Assembly (NCBI RefSeq): GCF_001949145.1 | Contig: NW_019091355.1 | Span: 2,772,646 to 2,836,645 of the forward strand | Direction of reading: 5' to 3' | DNA from: Acanthaster planci | Taxonomy: Eukaryota | Length of the DNA stretch: 64,000 nucleotides | Shown: one piece after another, positions 13,890 to 27,800 of the stretch | Layout of the letters: each line of letters begins with the position of its first letter | Position numbering within the stretch: the first letter of the stretch is position 1 | Notes under the pieces: generated by a model | Seen by the model: the letters and a program-made list of their open reading frames with translations, nothing else | Databases searched by the model: none | What the model was told of the DNA's origin: nothing | Made by a program: the position numbers and the translations under genes

Positions 13890-15887
13890 GCTTACCAGAA
13901 TCAGAAATATACAAGGCAGTTTAGCTGACTGGTGAAGAATTTCTCTATTTTCAACAGTAGAAATTAACGCAAAGGCAAAATAAATCCAATGTGTAAATTC
14001 CTAAAGTATTCTTTAAATTCTGCAGAAATATCAAGACTTCAAAACAATGGAAATGCCAACACCACGATGCATTTTAACACCAGACTTTAAACTTTAAACA
14101 GTCAATTCCAATAACAAAAATAGACAATAATCAACAACTTTTTAAAAACATTCTTTATAAACAAACAGCAGTCACACCAGCTGAAAGAAACAAATCAATT
14201 TGACCGGCAAGGAAAACACGTGACACTTCAACATCTATCTATAAACATTTCCAAAGTAAAAACAGTGTCAGCATCAAAGCCGAAGTTGGTATTCCATGTT
14301 CTTCATTTTTTTATGTCTTTATACATAAATGCTGATTCGAAAATTGACAAGGCATTTTTTTCACTGTCCATCAAGACTCTTGAATTACAAAAATATATAT
14401 ACCATTATGAGCATTAAAGATTTTTTTAAAAAATCACTCTGATTTTATCAAAGCGATTGAACTCTAGAAATATCAATTTTACTCATGTATATTTCATACA
14501 TGGACAAGTAAATAAGAAAGTCTAACTACAGTGTATAGAGTCTTGGCAACACATGCTATTTTCAGGTGATGAATATTTATGTTGCAAAATAACCTGCAGA
14601 AACAGAGATACATTGGTGATTTCCAGCAGTCTCAGAAAATTGTACCCTGGGATTGTTTTCCCCACAAATCACTGGAAAAATTTTTAAAAGACTGAATATT
14701 TCAAATCAGTGGAAATTCTGCATGTACAAGGACTATGAGATTTCTGAGAGAAAGATAAGAAAAAATAAAAAATCCCGACAGGAATGACAGCTTTTCTGCA
14801 ACTTGCCGAAAAGCCGAAAATCAAATCGAGTTACCTAAAATGAAGCATCCAGTAGTGTTTCATTCAAAACCTCCCTTTGCTTGAAGTCTGAACAAACAGT
14901 TTCATGCATAGATACAGATAGGCAGTAGCTACAAACACAACAGTGGACAAAACGGTTTACAGAAAGATGCAGCTTTGATCACAGGGACGGTTTTATCAAA
15001 GATGATCGGCATTAAAATTTTAGCAGAGAATAAAATGAATTCAGTGTAAAAAAAAATCAATTGCAAAAATGTGAAAACACTGGAAAGTGAATGTTTGGAA
15101 ATTTAAGTAGATTAAACAATGCAGTTGGTCCGCCAGTGTACCGGTTCATTATTCTGCTACATGATCAAAAGCCAACAAGGTCATGTGACAGCCAGGATCA
15201 ATCGCACCACCAGTTTGATAAACACACAGAGTTGTCGTGTCGAAAGGTCACATCAGTGAACCTTGTTTTGAGCAGTTTGTGAAATCTCATTTCAACAGTT
15301 GGATCAGCTTGTAAAATTGATGTAATGATTGGCACAATTGGAAATGTCCAGTATCCAAATTATTAACAACCTAAAAAGTCATTTTTTGCTACATAACTAT
15401 CATGTAAGTCTGACGCTGTCTTGTTCCTGTTCCAAGACAGTTTGGCTGCAGTGGTCAAGTGATGGCAGCATTCAATGCAGCACCAGTTGGTCTGTAAAAA
15501 TGTTCGGCATAAAGATTTTCTACAACTTGTTTTCCTTTATTTATTCAAACTTTAACTGCAATCACTCAGAATGTGGCTCATTTGTTCCAACTTTTTTCTT
15601 AAAGTTTAAGTGGCCAAGTTGCATCCAACAGTCAAACAACCAAATCTTGTCAGATGTTTTTTACACTTCATCGGTCGCACCACCAAGCGACATACTGCTC
15701 ACAGTAGCCACACAGTGTGCTAATACATCTTGTGAACAAATTATATGCACAATAATGTAACTTTGTGACACAATGAAACTGCGGTGTGCATCACTTCGTG
15801 GTGCGACGGACACTTTGTGGAGGGATCCCTCTCAATGACACTGGGGATGGTGGTGTCTCGAGAATACCACTGAGAGGACATTTCACT

Positions 15888-18800
15888 TCATGGACCGGCA
15901 ATCTCCAGAACGTGATGCAGTAGATTCTGCTGGATATTCTCAATGGCGCCCGGCGTGCTGGCGAGGGCAGTGAAGACTTCTGTTGCCCCATCCCTGTGGA
16001 AAAGCAAGCAGGAAAAACCAAACAAGTGTTGAAGAAGAGTACCAGTCACAAGTAACAGGGTGAACAATGACAAAGGAATGCTTTTGTCACAGTTCATTTG
16101 ACGAGCTTGCGACTTGATTCCAGACTGGAGGTCTTGTGATGGTCTTGTCGGGTCTTGCGATGGTCGACTACAACACTGCTACATTCATGTTTGCTATCTC
16201 GCAGGTGCAAGAAAATGATGCACGTGCATTACAGGTGATACTGAGACATAGCCGCACTGAGACATAACTGCACAGCCAACAGCGAGGTTGGATCTGGGTA
16301 ATTCCAGAAACTAGGGGTCCAAAAGTGTGCCATTTTTGAGTCATTGTTACATCTGACCTTTGTCATTTGACATGAAAATATCACCGGAATTGATTTCAAA
16401 CTATTACTATTTGTTTGGCAGGTAATTTGCATTAATTCATCACTCTTGGAAATTAGAAAATGTGTTCTGAATTTACAAAATCATTCGGCAGATGTGACAG
16501 GGACAGGAAAAAAAATTGTGACCCCTTATTTCTGGAATTACCCATAAATGGGTTACAGGGTAGGTAGTGTTTGACTGTGCCAAATGTATGTGCTTACTTC
16601 ATCAGGTCCATGGTCGTGATAGCCGTGGAGTGTTTCAGTAAATAGAAGACGGCTCGTAATCCATGGTAATGAATTTCAGGCACATTGGACTGCAAAAAAA
16701 TACAACACAAATCCCGTGGATTTCAACAAATATACATGCAGAATGACTTGGAAAAGCCTTTATCGTCAAATAAAAATTTTCTTGAAAAAGAAATTCCTAA
16801 ACATAAACTTCCTGACAGACGTCTCACTCTGCTTGAACACATAACACGTTTTTAATCTTAACAAGCTGTGTCAATATGCAAACTCACTTTCATGCAGATG
16901 GCAACAATGTCAGCTGTGTGTTGACCCTGGAGGTTGAGAACAGGACACAGACCCAAGCATTATTTAACCTAGTTTTAGCAGTATGGATGACTATGCTTTG
17001 AATATCTTACGACTGCTTAGAACAGCCGTTAAACAATCTACCTTTTGAAAGTTCGAGAGTGTGATAGCCTTTTAACACTAAATTGAATGGACGAAAAATG
17101 AAATAATTTTCATGAGGTATATAAAACACAACATGGATGTTATAAACAAAATGAATGGCTTGAATCCAAATTTTATCCACATATCTGTGTACTTGAAAAT
17201 GCACGGGGAATTCAAACTCACGAGTCGGTAGGCATTCTGTTGGCATTTGGCAAAGTTGGCGATTGCTCTGGCTGCATGCAGCATCAACTCATTCTTCTCC
17301 TTAAACTCCACCATCAGGCGGCAAACGCAGTCCATATACTCCATCAAGGAGGCCTACGGAGGACCAAGGGGAGGTGAGATCTCCAGTTTTGTCAGTAAGT
17401 GATTGAGTGGCATTGCAGGACTCAAGCATTAACATTATTGGTAAACTTCTCCAAAAAATCTCGGGATGATGGCACTGTGAGAGAGGCCAACATTTGTAAG
17501 GACACACCTTACCCTACCATCTGATTCGTTAGAACATGATGGCATCTCCACTATTATTAATATTGATATAGCTATCAACATCAGTAGCAAAAGTTAAGAA
17601 ACTATCGTAAAAATAATCAACCAAATAAAACCCAACTGGTAAAGGCAGTCCTTGTGGGCAGTATTGAATTCAAATGCATGCGAGCCCTTTCTCAAGCATT
17701 GTGCAGTGATCCCCGTGGCCAAAGGCTATCACTGTGGCCCATGGATCCTACCTGATCTTGTTCACAAGTTGCCAGGTTGCCGACCAGACATAGGACGTTA
17801 CACAAGACCTGGATGTTCCTCGGTCTGTTCTTGAGAGAGCGCAGGATCATCTTCCCGCTTGTAAAATCTTCCTGAATGAAAAAAACCAATAGGTCTCTCT
17901 CAAATGACAGCACGTCCTATAGATTGTCATATGCATCGGCCTTTCTATCTTAATGTTCATGATGCGCATCGGCTGTGCTGTATATCGGACATATTTGGAT
18001 CAGCATGCGCGCAAGTTTTGAACTGCAAGCACATGCACCTGTTTGTGTTGTACATGCAGTTGTAACTTTGCTACAAAGATGGCGTCCAATGAGAGAGATT
18101 TAGAGGAGAAAAAGAGGGCATCACTCCATTCAGATCATCCTCCACTGTTTGTTGCTAAGAAATCATGTCTTAGCCATTGATCCGAGTCATTACAAGTGGA
18201 TCAAGAGATCTTCTCCGGCCATCATTCAAACTACCTCATCAGGATGCATAGATGCACACTTGCACTTGCTAGTCAGGACATCTTGGCATGACTTGCCTGT
18301 ATGATCTTATGTCTGTGCCAGTCTGTTCCCATGGACAGCTTGGCCAGTGTCTTCAACGATCCCTCTTGCATCTGTCGAGAAATTTCACGAAATAAAAACT
18401 GCTCGTCAGGTTGTTAGAAGCAAGTCTGTGAGAATGATGGATTACAATAATTTAATGACTCACTTTCGGAGAGTCATTTTATCTGTCTGCTTCCTGGCCT
18501 GCTCACCCACTCGCTTGTTCACGAGATCGTTCATTTGTTTGTCTGTTTGTGTTTTGGACAACCCTACATACGGAAATGATGAAGACCAAGTTAATTTTCA
18601 AATTTAGTGAGAGTGACTTTAATTCTTAAGAAAGATGGCCAGAACCTTCAAAATGTACTTATGATACAATGGATGTCGTTCATTACACATGCTAAGTTTA
18701 AAACAGACTGGTCAACGGACAGCCAAAATCTTGAAATAAAGGGGTAAACTCTGTATCCTCAAACCCAGTGGGCTGAGAGAAGATCCAACACCCCATCCCT

Positions 18801-21800
18801 GTCTGAGTTTGATTGATGGTAGTGTGCCCAGCTCCCATTCCCCTTTCATACTCATGGTGAGCATACCTGTTCATCCGTTGACATTGTGAGGGCCAGAAGC
18901 TTGCTGAGTGCGCCGTGGTTGCTCTAAAAGAAGCGTTAAAAGACAAACAGGTAGACTGTTTACAAATCGGTTTCCAGTCCCTCACAGAGAGATGAGTTTT
19001 CTTCTCTGAATTGACGGAAAGAAAACCTGCAGGTGCTGCTTTGAAAGCAATTTAACGACTTCCAAAGAAGCCACTCCGGCAAAAATCTACATATGGGTAA
19101 CAATGATACTGTATTGCAGATGCACATGAATCACTTGTGAAGATGTTGATAACTCCTGCAAAGTATCAGCTATGTCAAAATTGAGCATCATATCATATCA
19201 TATCATATCATATCATATCATATCATATCATTTGAATTTGAATATTTATTTCAATGTCATGTACTTAATCACCTCAATCCAAGTTTCAGAATAAGGAAAT
19301 TGACAACATCTGGGTCTACATTAACACCACCAAATTTCATCATAATTAAGTTTATATGAGCTGTGAAGGTGATTAAGGAACGTTAGGTATTAAGTGAAGC
19401 AGAAGGCTTTCGTTCCCAAAACCTTTGGACAGACTAAAGACAATCTACAAAGGGACAAAACAAAAATATAAAAATAACATATAGGACTAACAGTAATTAA
19501 CACAAATTGTTTACACATTACAATACAATGCTAGTGATTAATTCATTGATAGGAAAAAAAACAAAACAAAACAAAATCAGGGACAAAGGAAAACAAGAGA
19601 CCAAAGCACACAGAAGCTAAGTATCATTAGCTCGCTGTTGTTAAATTATACACAGAAAGCAAGAAGTTGTGCTTTCAATGTTTAAGAGTGATACTGAAAC
19701 TATTCAGAGTAACTTACCATAATTAAACCCTTAATCTTCTTCCCCAAAGTATTTCTGTCATTTAATATGACACATTTATTTGCCCCTCTGTTTTTTCTTC
19801 GATGTAATCCTCCCTGCAAACATCGCTCACCTAGAATCATGTCCCCACATGCCAAACATGAATCAGATTAAAAGGAATGAAGTAGTTTTCACACCGAGCA
19901 AACTGCGCACTTGGATATTTCACCTAAAATACATGGACATGATTTCTGTAATAACACAGACCTTGTAGCACTGCTACGATGTCATCTACTATGCATCTGA
20001 ACCTAGAAAAGGTCTTTGAACGGAGAGCCTCAACTTTCCCTCAAAGGTTCTGCTTCTAGTTACAGCACACAGAAAAAAACTGCATCAGCAGTACTTTCTC
20101 ACAGATACTACATTATTCAGGCTTGTCGGGTATGCGGCCACCTAAATGCCTCTGAAAAAAGGTTGATGCACCATCGTCCGGGTTAACGCAACCTTTCCAA
20201 GGTAAGAAACCTTTCTTGCTGGGTCTTGTGACTGCATGGCTGTAAGCAAACAAAATATGCATCAGCCACTTTGCACAAATACATGTAACCGCGTACAGTC
20301 TCCTAATGTTTTAGCCATCAAATTATCATTCGGAAAAAAATTCTACGGCTTGTCACAAAACACTTCAAAGAAATGCATTCTACATTTCAAAGCACAGCAG
20401 TTATATCCATCAGTTAATGAGCATATGGAAAAAACAGACATAAAACTCCACTGTCAGACTTTCACCCCTATTAAATGCAAATGAACTCTTCCATGGCAAG
20501 TTATGAAAAGAAGAACACGGACTGTTCTATTTCCAAGGGACCAGGGTATGATCCGTTATTTGTATTCTACATGTAAAACCTTCTGTGACAAACTGAGTGT
20601 AACATACTGTGCAAGATTACATCAGAATTAATCAGCTCATTCTACCTATCCTATCAAATAATGGAAGAGTCTGGATTCATCCATTTCCAGGACCTCTGCA
20701 TTTTCTACATCCAATCCAAGCCTTTTATAAATTGCATACAATAAATACATACATGTACAGAGCTAGATTAACGTTCATGTACATGTACACCAATATTTCA
20801 TGAACACGGAGTGAACAACATTCTATTGCGGATACACTGTACACTTCCAATGGATTATGTGAGTGTACGTACGCAACATATTCAACAGTTCTGACTGACT
20901 CAGCGGTGGGTTGCGAGGATTCAAATGTACAGCTTCAGTGGAAGTCGTTTCACACTGGTATCACATCCTTCAACAACTGTCATCGTCGGTTGATCAAATG
21001 CATGTTTATAATAAGATCCACCTGGAGTCAGTTCATCATACAGTGTGCCCCCCCGGGCATTTCTCCAGGTTTATCTCTGATTCCTGGGTTGACAACGTCA
21101 ACTATGCAGTACTTCATTAGCTGCCGCACTCCAAAGATTCGAAGATGGGATGAATCCCGTGAACTGGAATTATGCATCAACAAACTGGAGAAATTTTTGA
21201 ATGATTAGGACATCCCGTGTAGTGGCAAGATAGGGGGAGGTAAAATCAACATATTCTTATGAAAGCATGGGCACGGTCCGATTTAGAGCTGGTGCACGGT
21301 TGCTATGCAGTGAAGTCACACGATGCTGACATTCTTTCAAAATGCACCTCGCAAGTTTTCCCTGGATCTGAGCCTTTAACAACAGTTTAGCACTCTTTGA
21401 GTTCCAGTTTCCTCCACACCATGGCGACCATTATGTTTATGTTGGAAAACTGGTCACCGTGTCCCAGAGTGAAGTGGGACAAGGAATTGTATAACAATCC
21501 CCAATGTGAAAAACACCATAGTTCAGGGATGAATCTGGGAGGTCAGAAAAGAACATGGAATTTCCAAACAGCTTGAGACGTTGTGGTTTTCAAATTCTAT
21601 TGGCACATGGAAATTTTTTTCAAAAATGAAGAAATCACTGGATGGAAAGAAACTTTGGATGCTTATTTCAAGCAAGCTATCGTAATATCAGGACTTTGCC
21701 TGCCGTTAAAAGAAGTAGAAAAGCTAATCTGTAACTTCTAACTGGCACATGAAACTAAAAGAAATCTTTCACACTGGTGACAAAAATTCCCTGCTGATCC

Positions 21801-24800
21801 ATAAAGAAAAGAACCATTGCTTTGAAAAATTTTGCGAGACGAAAGTCATACATTCTTCAGAATGTCGTAAATGTGTAATCGTAGGGCAAATACCTTGTAC
21901 ATCTAAATGCATGAAGAGGACAATAAAAAATTTCATATTTAATCTGTGAGTTTTTCCCCAGGGCCTAAGGATATTAAGCAGCGACAAACTGATTGAAATA
22001 TTAATCAAGATAAGCAAGCCATCACTGTAAACGTGATGTGTTAATTGGTATCAGCAGGTCTCAGGGTGAATGACCATGAAGACAACGACTTAGGGGTCAT
22101 TCACCTCCACTGTACAACACATTCAAGACATGATACCTATTTATATTGTCTTGTTGATGTACATGTAGGAATAAAATTAACATAAGATACAAACAGCATT
22201 TCTGTGACCAAAACCAAGCCCAAACATAACAGCACTGACTTTATGTAAGTTGAGTTTCATTTATGAATCCATTTTCCGCATTCTTCTCACGGGATTAAAA
22301 CATCCCACAAGTGGTCTTCTTTTACTCTTATACACTGTTTTTCAAGTTTGTTTCTAACTCGGAGTTTCAATCCTAAAAAATTTTCTCATTGGCAAAAGGT
22401 TTGTGATTTTCACTCTTTAGTTGGATGAATTCTTACCGGCTGACTTGAAAGACCCAAGTGTTTGTTATCTGGCTTCATTTTTTTTTTTTACTGGAAAAAT
22501 TAAAAATAAATTAAAATAGAATTTATGAGAAAATTAAGCAAAAGGAAGTCTCTATGTAGACAGTGCAATGGCAATAAGGCATGTGGTGTCTGCTATCTTT
22601 TCCCCTCCTTTTAAAATCAGGATCACTCCGCAAGTTCTTATTGTGTTCTCAGCTATGCACAGCAAGAACTGCTGGTTACGATCTAAAATTGTCATCATAA
22701 TTGATGAAAACGATTCAGTGTCTGCATGAAACCAGTTGCTGAAAAACTTCAAATACAGCGAAACACTCTCAAACAGTAGGAGACGTCGCAGCCTACATTA
22801 CAAACAAATGTCTGTCAGACCAAAATCAGGCCTATTCTAAGGGATGGCTTATACCGACTCTGTAAATATGTTCATGGCCCACGTGTCACTTTTTGTGTAC
22901 TCAACTTTGTGGAAAGACTGAAAATACCCAAATCAAAAGTTTTTTGTGTCCAGTGAACTCTGATGCCGCAACAAGAACGCATACAGGAAGCAGAGGTGGA
23001 AGATGTTTTCTGAATCCTCCCAAAATAAAATTGCAAAGAGATGCCTGAGAAACCATGCATCCAAAATAAAGGCAAAAGACTCGCAACAATACCTGACTCC
23101 GCTGATGTAACCCCTTGAAAACAAGACATAAACATCGCTGGGTGAAAGTGGCCTGGGCATAAACACATTAGCAATGTATGGAATGGAGAACTAGTTCAAA
23201 ACTTGTCCAAGAAATTTTCACCACTCATGATGTTGGCCCAGGGCAAGGGGAGTGCTGTTTGGATTGTTCCATTGTCAGACGAGGTAGAGATAAAAAAAAA
23301 CCAGGGTAAATGACTTTTCAAAGATCATTCCATTACACAGAGGGTGGGTTCAACCTTTGCCAGAGGGGAAAGTAGTGTTTGACTTCCCACGGTGACATGC
23401 GTCCAGGGTCAATGACTGGTCGGCCAGATCGCCATCGTCTCTTTCCTGGTTGACGCAAGTTCATGGGATGTCAGTGACTGAGGCAACTGAGGTGACAGCC
23501 GTACAGTCAACTAATTAATGCCACAAGATATCCACAGGAAAAAAAAAAACAGACAGAAACTGAAACTATTTTTGTAAGCAAGAAGACAAGGATATTTCAT
23601 GCAGAATCCATTACCACAGCAATGTTCGCGTAAATAACACGGCAAGCAATGATCAAGTTTAAAACAGGTGACTCAACACAGTCTCCCTGAGGGACGAGCG
23701 CTTGTAGCACATTAATGTAACACCATACAGTGACCATTAGATTTCTTTTGACATTCTCATCACAGATTGGATGACATACAACCAATACATTTAATGCATA
23801 AACCTTCTGGGAGGTGAGTCAATGAAACCTTCTTTTTTTTTTCATTTTAGAGTCTTTCTTGAGTGCCCGCTCACATTAAATTTGCAGATTTTTGTACAGT
23901 CCATGAGAAGTGTTGTTTTTGAATGGAAACAGATTTTTAATGTCAGAAAGAAATAAGTCATCTTAAAATATCCTTTTTAATAGGGCAACACCTCCATGTA
24001 CCAGGATGAACTGACACATGAATGTGATTGATCAAGGTCAGATGACCGAATTTCAAATACTGATTCTGATTGGCCAATACTGGCTCACTGACTGTATAAG
24101 GTCAAGGGTCAAGACAAAATCGATATCACGGAGTTTCTTTTTCTGATACAAAGCTTTAAAATTTGATTTTAAAAATTCCTTATTGGGTGGCGATTGCGAC
24201 TTTGCCATTATGTGGTGCTGTGATTGAGTGACCTTGGATTGGATGGAGTCTGTGTGGTGACTGCGTGACTCCCAATTGTGTGGCTCTGCCATTGCGAGCT
24301 GGGTTTTCGGAAAGTGGGTCTCCAATTTTCTGGGATTTCCTTTCCAATGTTTCCAGTGTCCGGTGTCTATGGATTCCTCGGCCATGCGTGCAGGTGTACC
24401 GCTGCTGTCCACGGTAAAAATGTCACCTTGTCTTGGAAAGGAGATGTGGCCACACAGCCAGGCCAGGTTTCCACCAGTCACGTAAGAAGATTTTACTGAC
24501 ACTACGTGTAGGGTCCTACACAATGCTGCCTTGCGCAATAACTACAGCAGCAAGGGCAGTCACAGCCATCGCCTCTGATGACTATCAGAACACAGAAGCA
24601 TGTAGCATTCCACTCCAGAGACCACATTGTCAATGGCATGATTGCAGGGGCAAGACAGGATACATGCCCCACCCCCCCAAAAGTCTATGCCCCTCCCCAA
24701 GGACCCCTCCCCCCTCAGAAAATCACCCTGATTATGCTACCGGACATTGTCAAACTTCTGTAAAGCCAATATTTTTGTATCAGGCTCAATCGTGAAACCA

Positions 24801-27800
24801 ACAAATAAACAATAAATTAACCTGGATCGCCCGATCACACCCCCCAAGAATACTCTACGGAAATAAAATAGGAAAAGGAATGAAGCTAAACAGGTTCTCA
24901 TATTACCACGAAGAAAGTCGGTATTTTGCAAGGTTTATCATCTGTCAGTGAAGTTGAGTAATAACTGCAACTGCATTAGTCTCAGCCACTGATTTACACT
25001 GATAAAAAAAACTGATTCAGAAATACAACAAAGTACAAAGAATAATCCGGGCCTATTAACACTAGGGGGCGCTGTTCATGGTACAGATGTACACATTTTA
25101 TAACTACTTTTAACCTTACATGCCTAACCCTTGCATCAAAATGGTGCTGTTGCTCTCTGTTTTTGAGTGATATATCAAACATTTCAGCTGTGGTGAAGTT
25201 CAACAGTGTTCAAAATCACTTCAAATCTCACCACCATAACAGTGAGGGAGAGATGATCAGATGGCCCATCCTCCCTTGCCAAAATGTGGGTGGGGACAAA
25301 TCCCCCCTCCCCCCACCACCCCTGCCGAATTTATGGCCTAGGTGTTATCTAACCTCAATGATGGCTTGGTGGCTTTTTGTGTCTTCCGTGATGAGGTTAA
25401 GTGTCTTCACAGCCAATAGGGCGATGGCGCTGGATGATGTCATGCCGCACAGATGAAGTACTGGCTGCAATGCACCATCGTGGATTGCTGCAGGCAAAGA
25501 ACGAAGGAGTAAAACTTCTACAGTACCAAAATGGTTTATAAAGGATTGCAGTTAGAATTCACATTCCAAGAAGAAAATAGCACTACTTTGCCCAAATCAA
25601 TTTCTCAACTTATTTCACATCTTCACTAATAGCCTTATTCTGTCAGTTTTTGGTGGTCAAAGAGTTAACCCTGAAGTTCATGCCTAAGATGATGTGAATG
25701 AGGGCGCAACCATAAATTGTCAAGGGGACTGCTAGAGTTCATAACCTCCTCCCCAGTTCTATCAAACCACCTGTCCACCTGTCTTGAGGACAGGAAAAAC
25801 AGATTACCTGTTAAAAATTTATAAGCCCCGTTTTTCTTAAAGCAAATCTTTAACACTAGTGAACAAATCTCCACATTTCCTTCCAAGATACTGAGTGCAG
25901 CCGAAATATGGCTTAGACGTCACCCAGGGGTGTCCGTTTCAGAAATATTCCTAGGACAGGACAGGCAGTTTTTAGTTGTGGCTGAGAACAGAAGGGTAGA
26001 TACTGCAATCCAAGATGAAACCCCAGAACCCCCTAATAGGGTAATAACATTGGTCACAGTGAATAATAAAAAACTCAGGCACACAAAGACACGTCACAGA
26101 TTCAGGTCACGCATCCATTTTAGGTGAGCCACTTTTGAGTTTTACCGATCATTACCTCGGGCTTTAAGGTCAGAATTTTTGCAGAATAACATCAAGGCAC
26201 TGAGTCCATCGACGATCAATCTCTCTTGTGATTCCAAGACGTTGGTCAAAACGCTGGAAGACGAAGACGGAAAAAACAGGGAAATAAGGATTATCTGTTA
26301 GGTTCTTACGAAGTGATTATCCTAAAGATAAATATATGTATATGCAAGATGTTAACCAGTGAGGTGCAAAACGACTTTCTGAGGAACACACCCAGTGGTA
26401 CACCGGAAACGCAATTATTTTTTTCTGTGGCCTTATGATTGATGTGTTCTCCGGATATGTGCACAGGCACGCAAACCAGACAATAAAGGGTGATTCACAA
26501 TTCAGTGCGCCCCCAAGAGGTTGCCATGGGGAGGCCCTTTTTTGCAATGTATTGTGGGGAAAATGGTCAATTAAGTTCTATTAGTCAGTTGCGCTGTGCA
26601 GAGAGGTTCCCAATCTTTCTTTCTTTGTGATGAAGATTTGAAAGGATTGAGTATCACTGTTGATTGATCAAGGTTATGGTTTCTCGAGAGGCAAAGATGC
26701 CCCAAGCAATCAAAAAATCTCTTGAAGCTGTCCACTGACATTCACGCTGATGCTAATTGCGGCAAGTTGGTCGCGTTTTTGTCAAACTGTGGCCTCCCTC
26801 TGGCAACCTCTTGGTGGCGTGCTGCATTGTGAATCCCCCACAATATACATTTAAGTGGTGACTCACCTGCAGAGAGCCCGGATGGCCCCCGCCTCAGCCA
26901 ACACTGGCAGTAATGGCTGATGTGTGGCCAGTGTGTGCAGGCCCGAGGCACAGGCCCTCTTGACTTGGTCGCTGGAGTTGACCCTTGTCAGGTAGATCAA
27001 GGTCTGCAGACCGCCCAACTCTACCATCGGGATGATGGTCTGTGGATCTTGGACGCCTTTGGAGATTCCATTCGCCGCTTCTATCTGAAATGCCTGAAAA
27101 GGAGATGAAAAAAAAAAACAATTTAAAGGGAAGTCAATTCCAACAACCGTCTGCTGAAACTGAGATGATTTGCGCCAGGTTAACGGCATTCAGTGTAACT
27201 CAGCCACATAATGGCATTAAATGGGTGAACAAATGTGAGGGTTGCTGTTGATGTACACGTAAACTGTTCAAGATTCCTTTCGAAACAAATCACTCAAAAG
27301 TACCATTGCTGACTTACGCCTCACTTTGTGGTGTTTGAGTCCAAAAATTTCTGGATTCCGATTAGGAACCAACAACTGACACCCACCGTCATCTTGGAGC
27401 GGGCTTTGGTGATGAGTTCTGTAATCGGCAGGCACAGGTCGCACACCCTTTCCGGCTCCTCCAAGCCCAGATGGGGAAGGGGGACCTTCTCCTTGCAGCA
27501 CTTGGCACACAGGACCCGTCCGCATTGCCGGCAGTGGTGCTTCCGTCGCAGCTGATTGAATTTGTTGTCGCAGCCAATGCAGACTGACACCTCCTCGTCC
27601 CCAACCCACCTATCACCCAGAGGGCAAAATGAACAGATATATTTACGATTCTCTGATAATTTCCATATAATTTCTAGACTAGAGCACTCCAAAACCCGTT
27701 GTACATGTATTTATTTAAGAGTGGACATAAGCTCCTTCTCAAACGATGTATACTACTAACTCAGAATGTCAGAGGTTTAAACTAAAGATCGTATAGCGCC

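Noticed and set aside
22552..23174. Minus-strand ORFs inside the large FYVE-ARM intron as extra exons
   Set aside because: The gene splices in frame from 25354 to 18923 without them, and they lack matching donor sites and ARM character.
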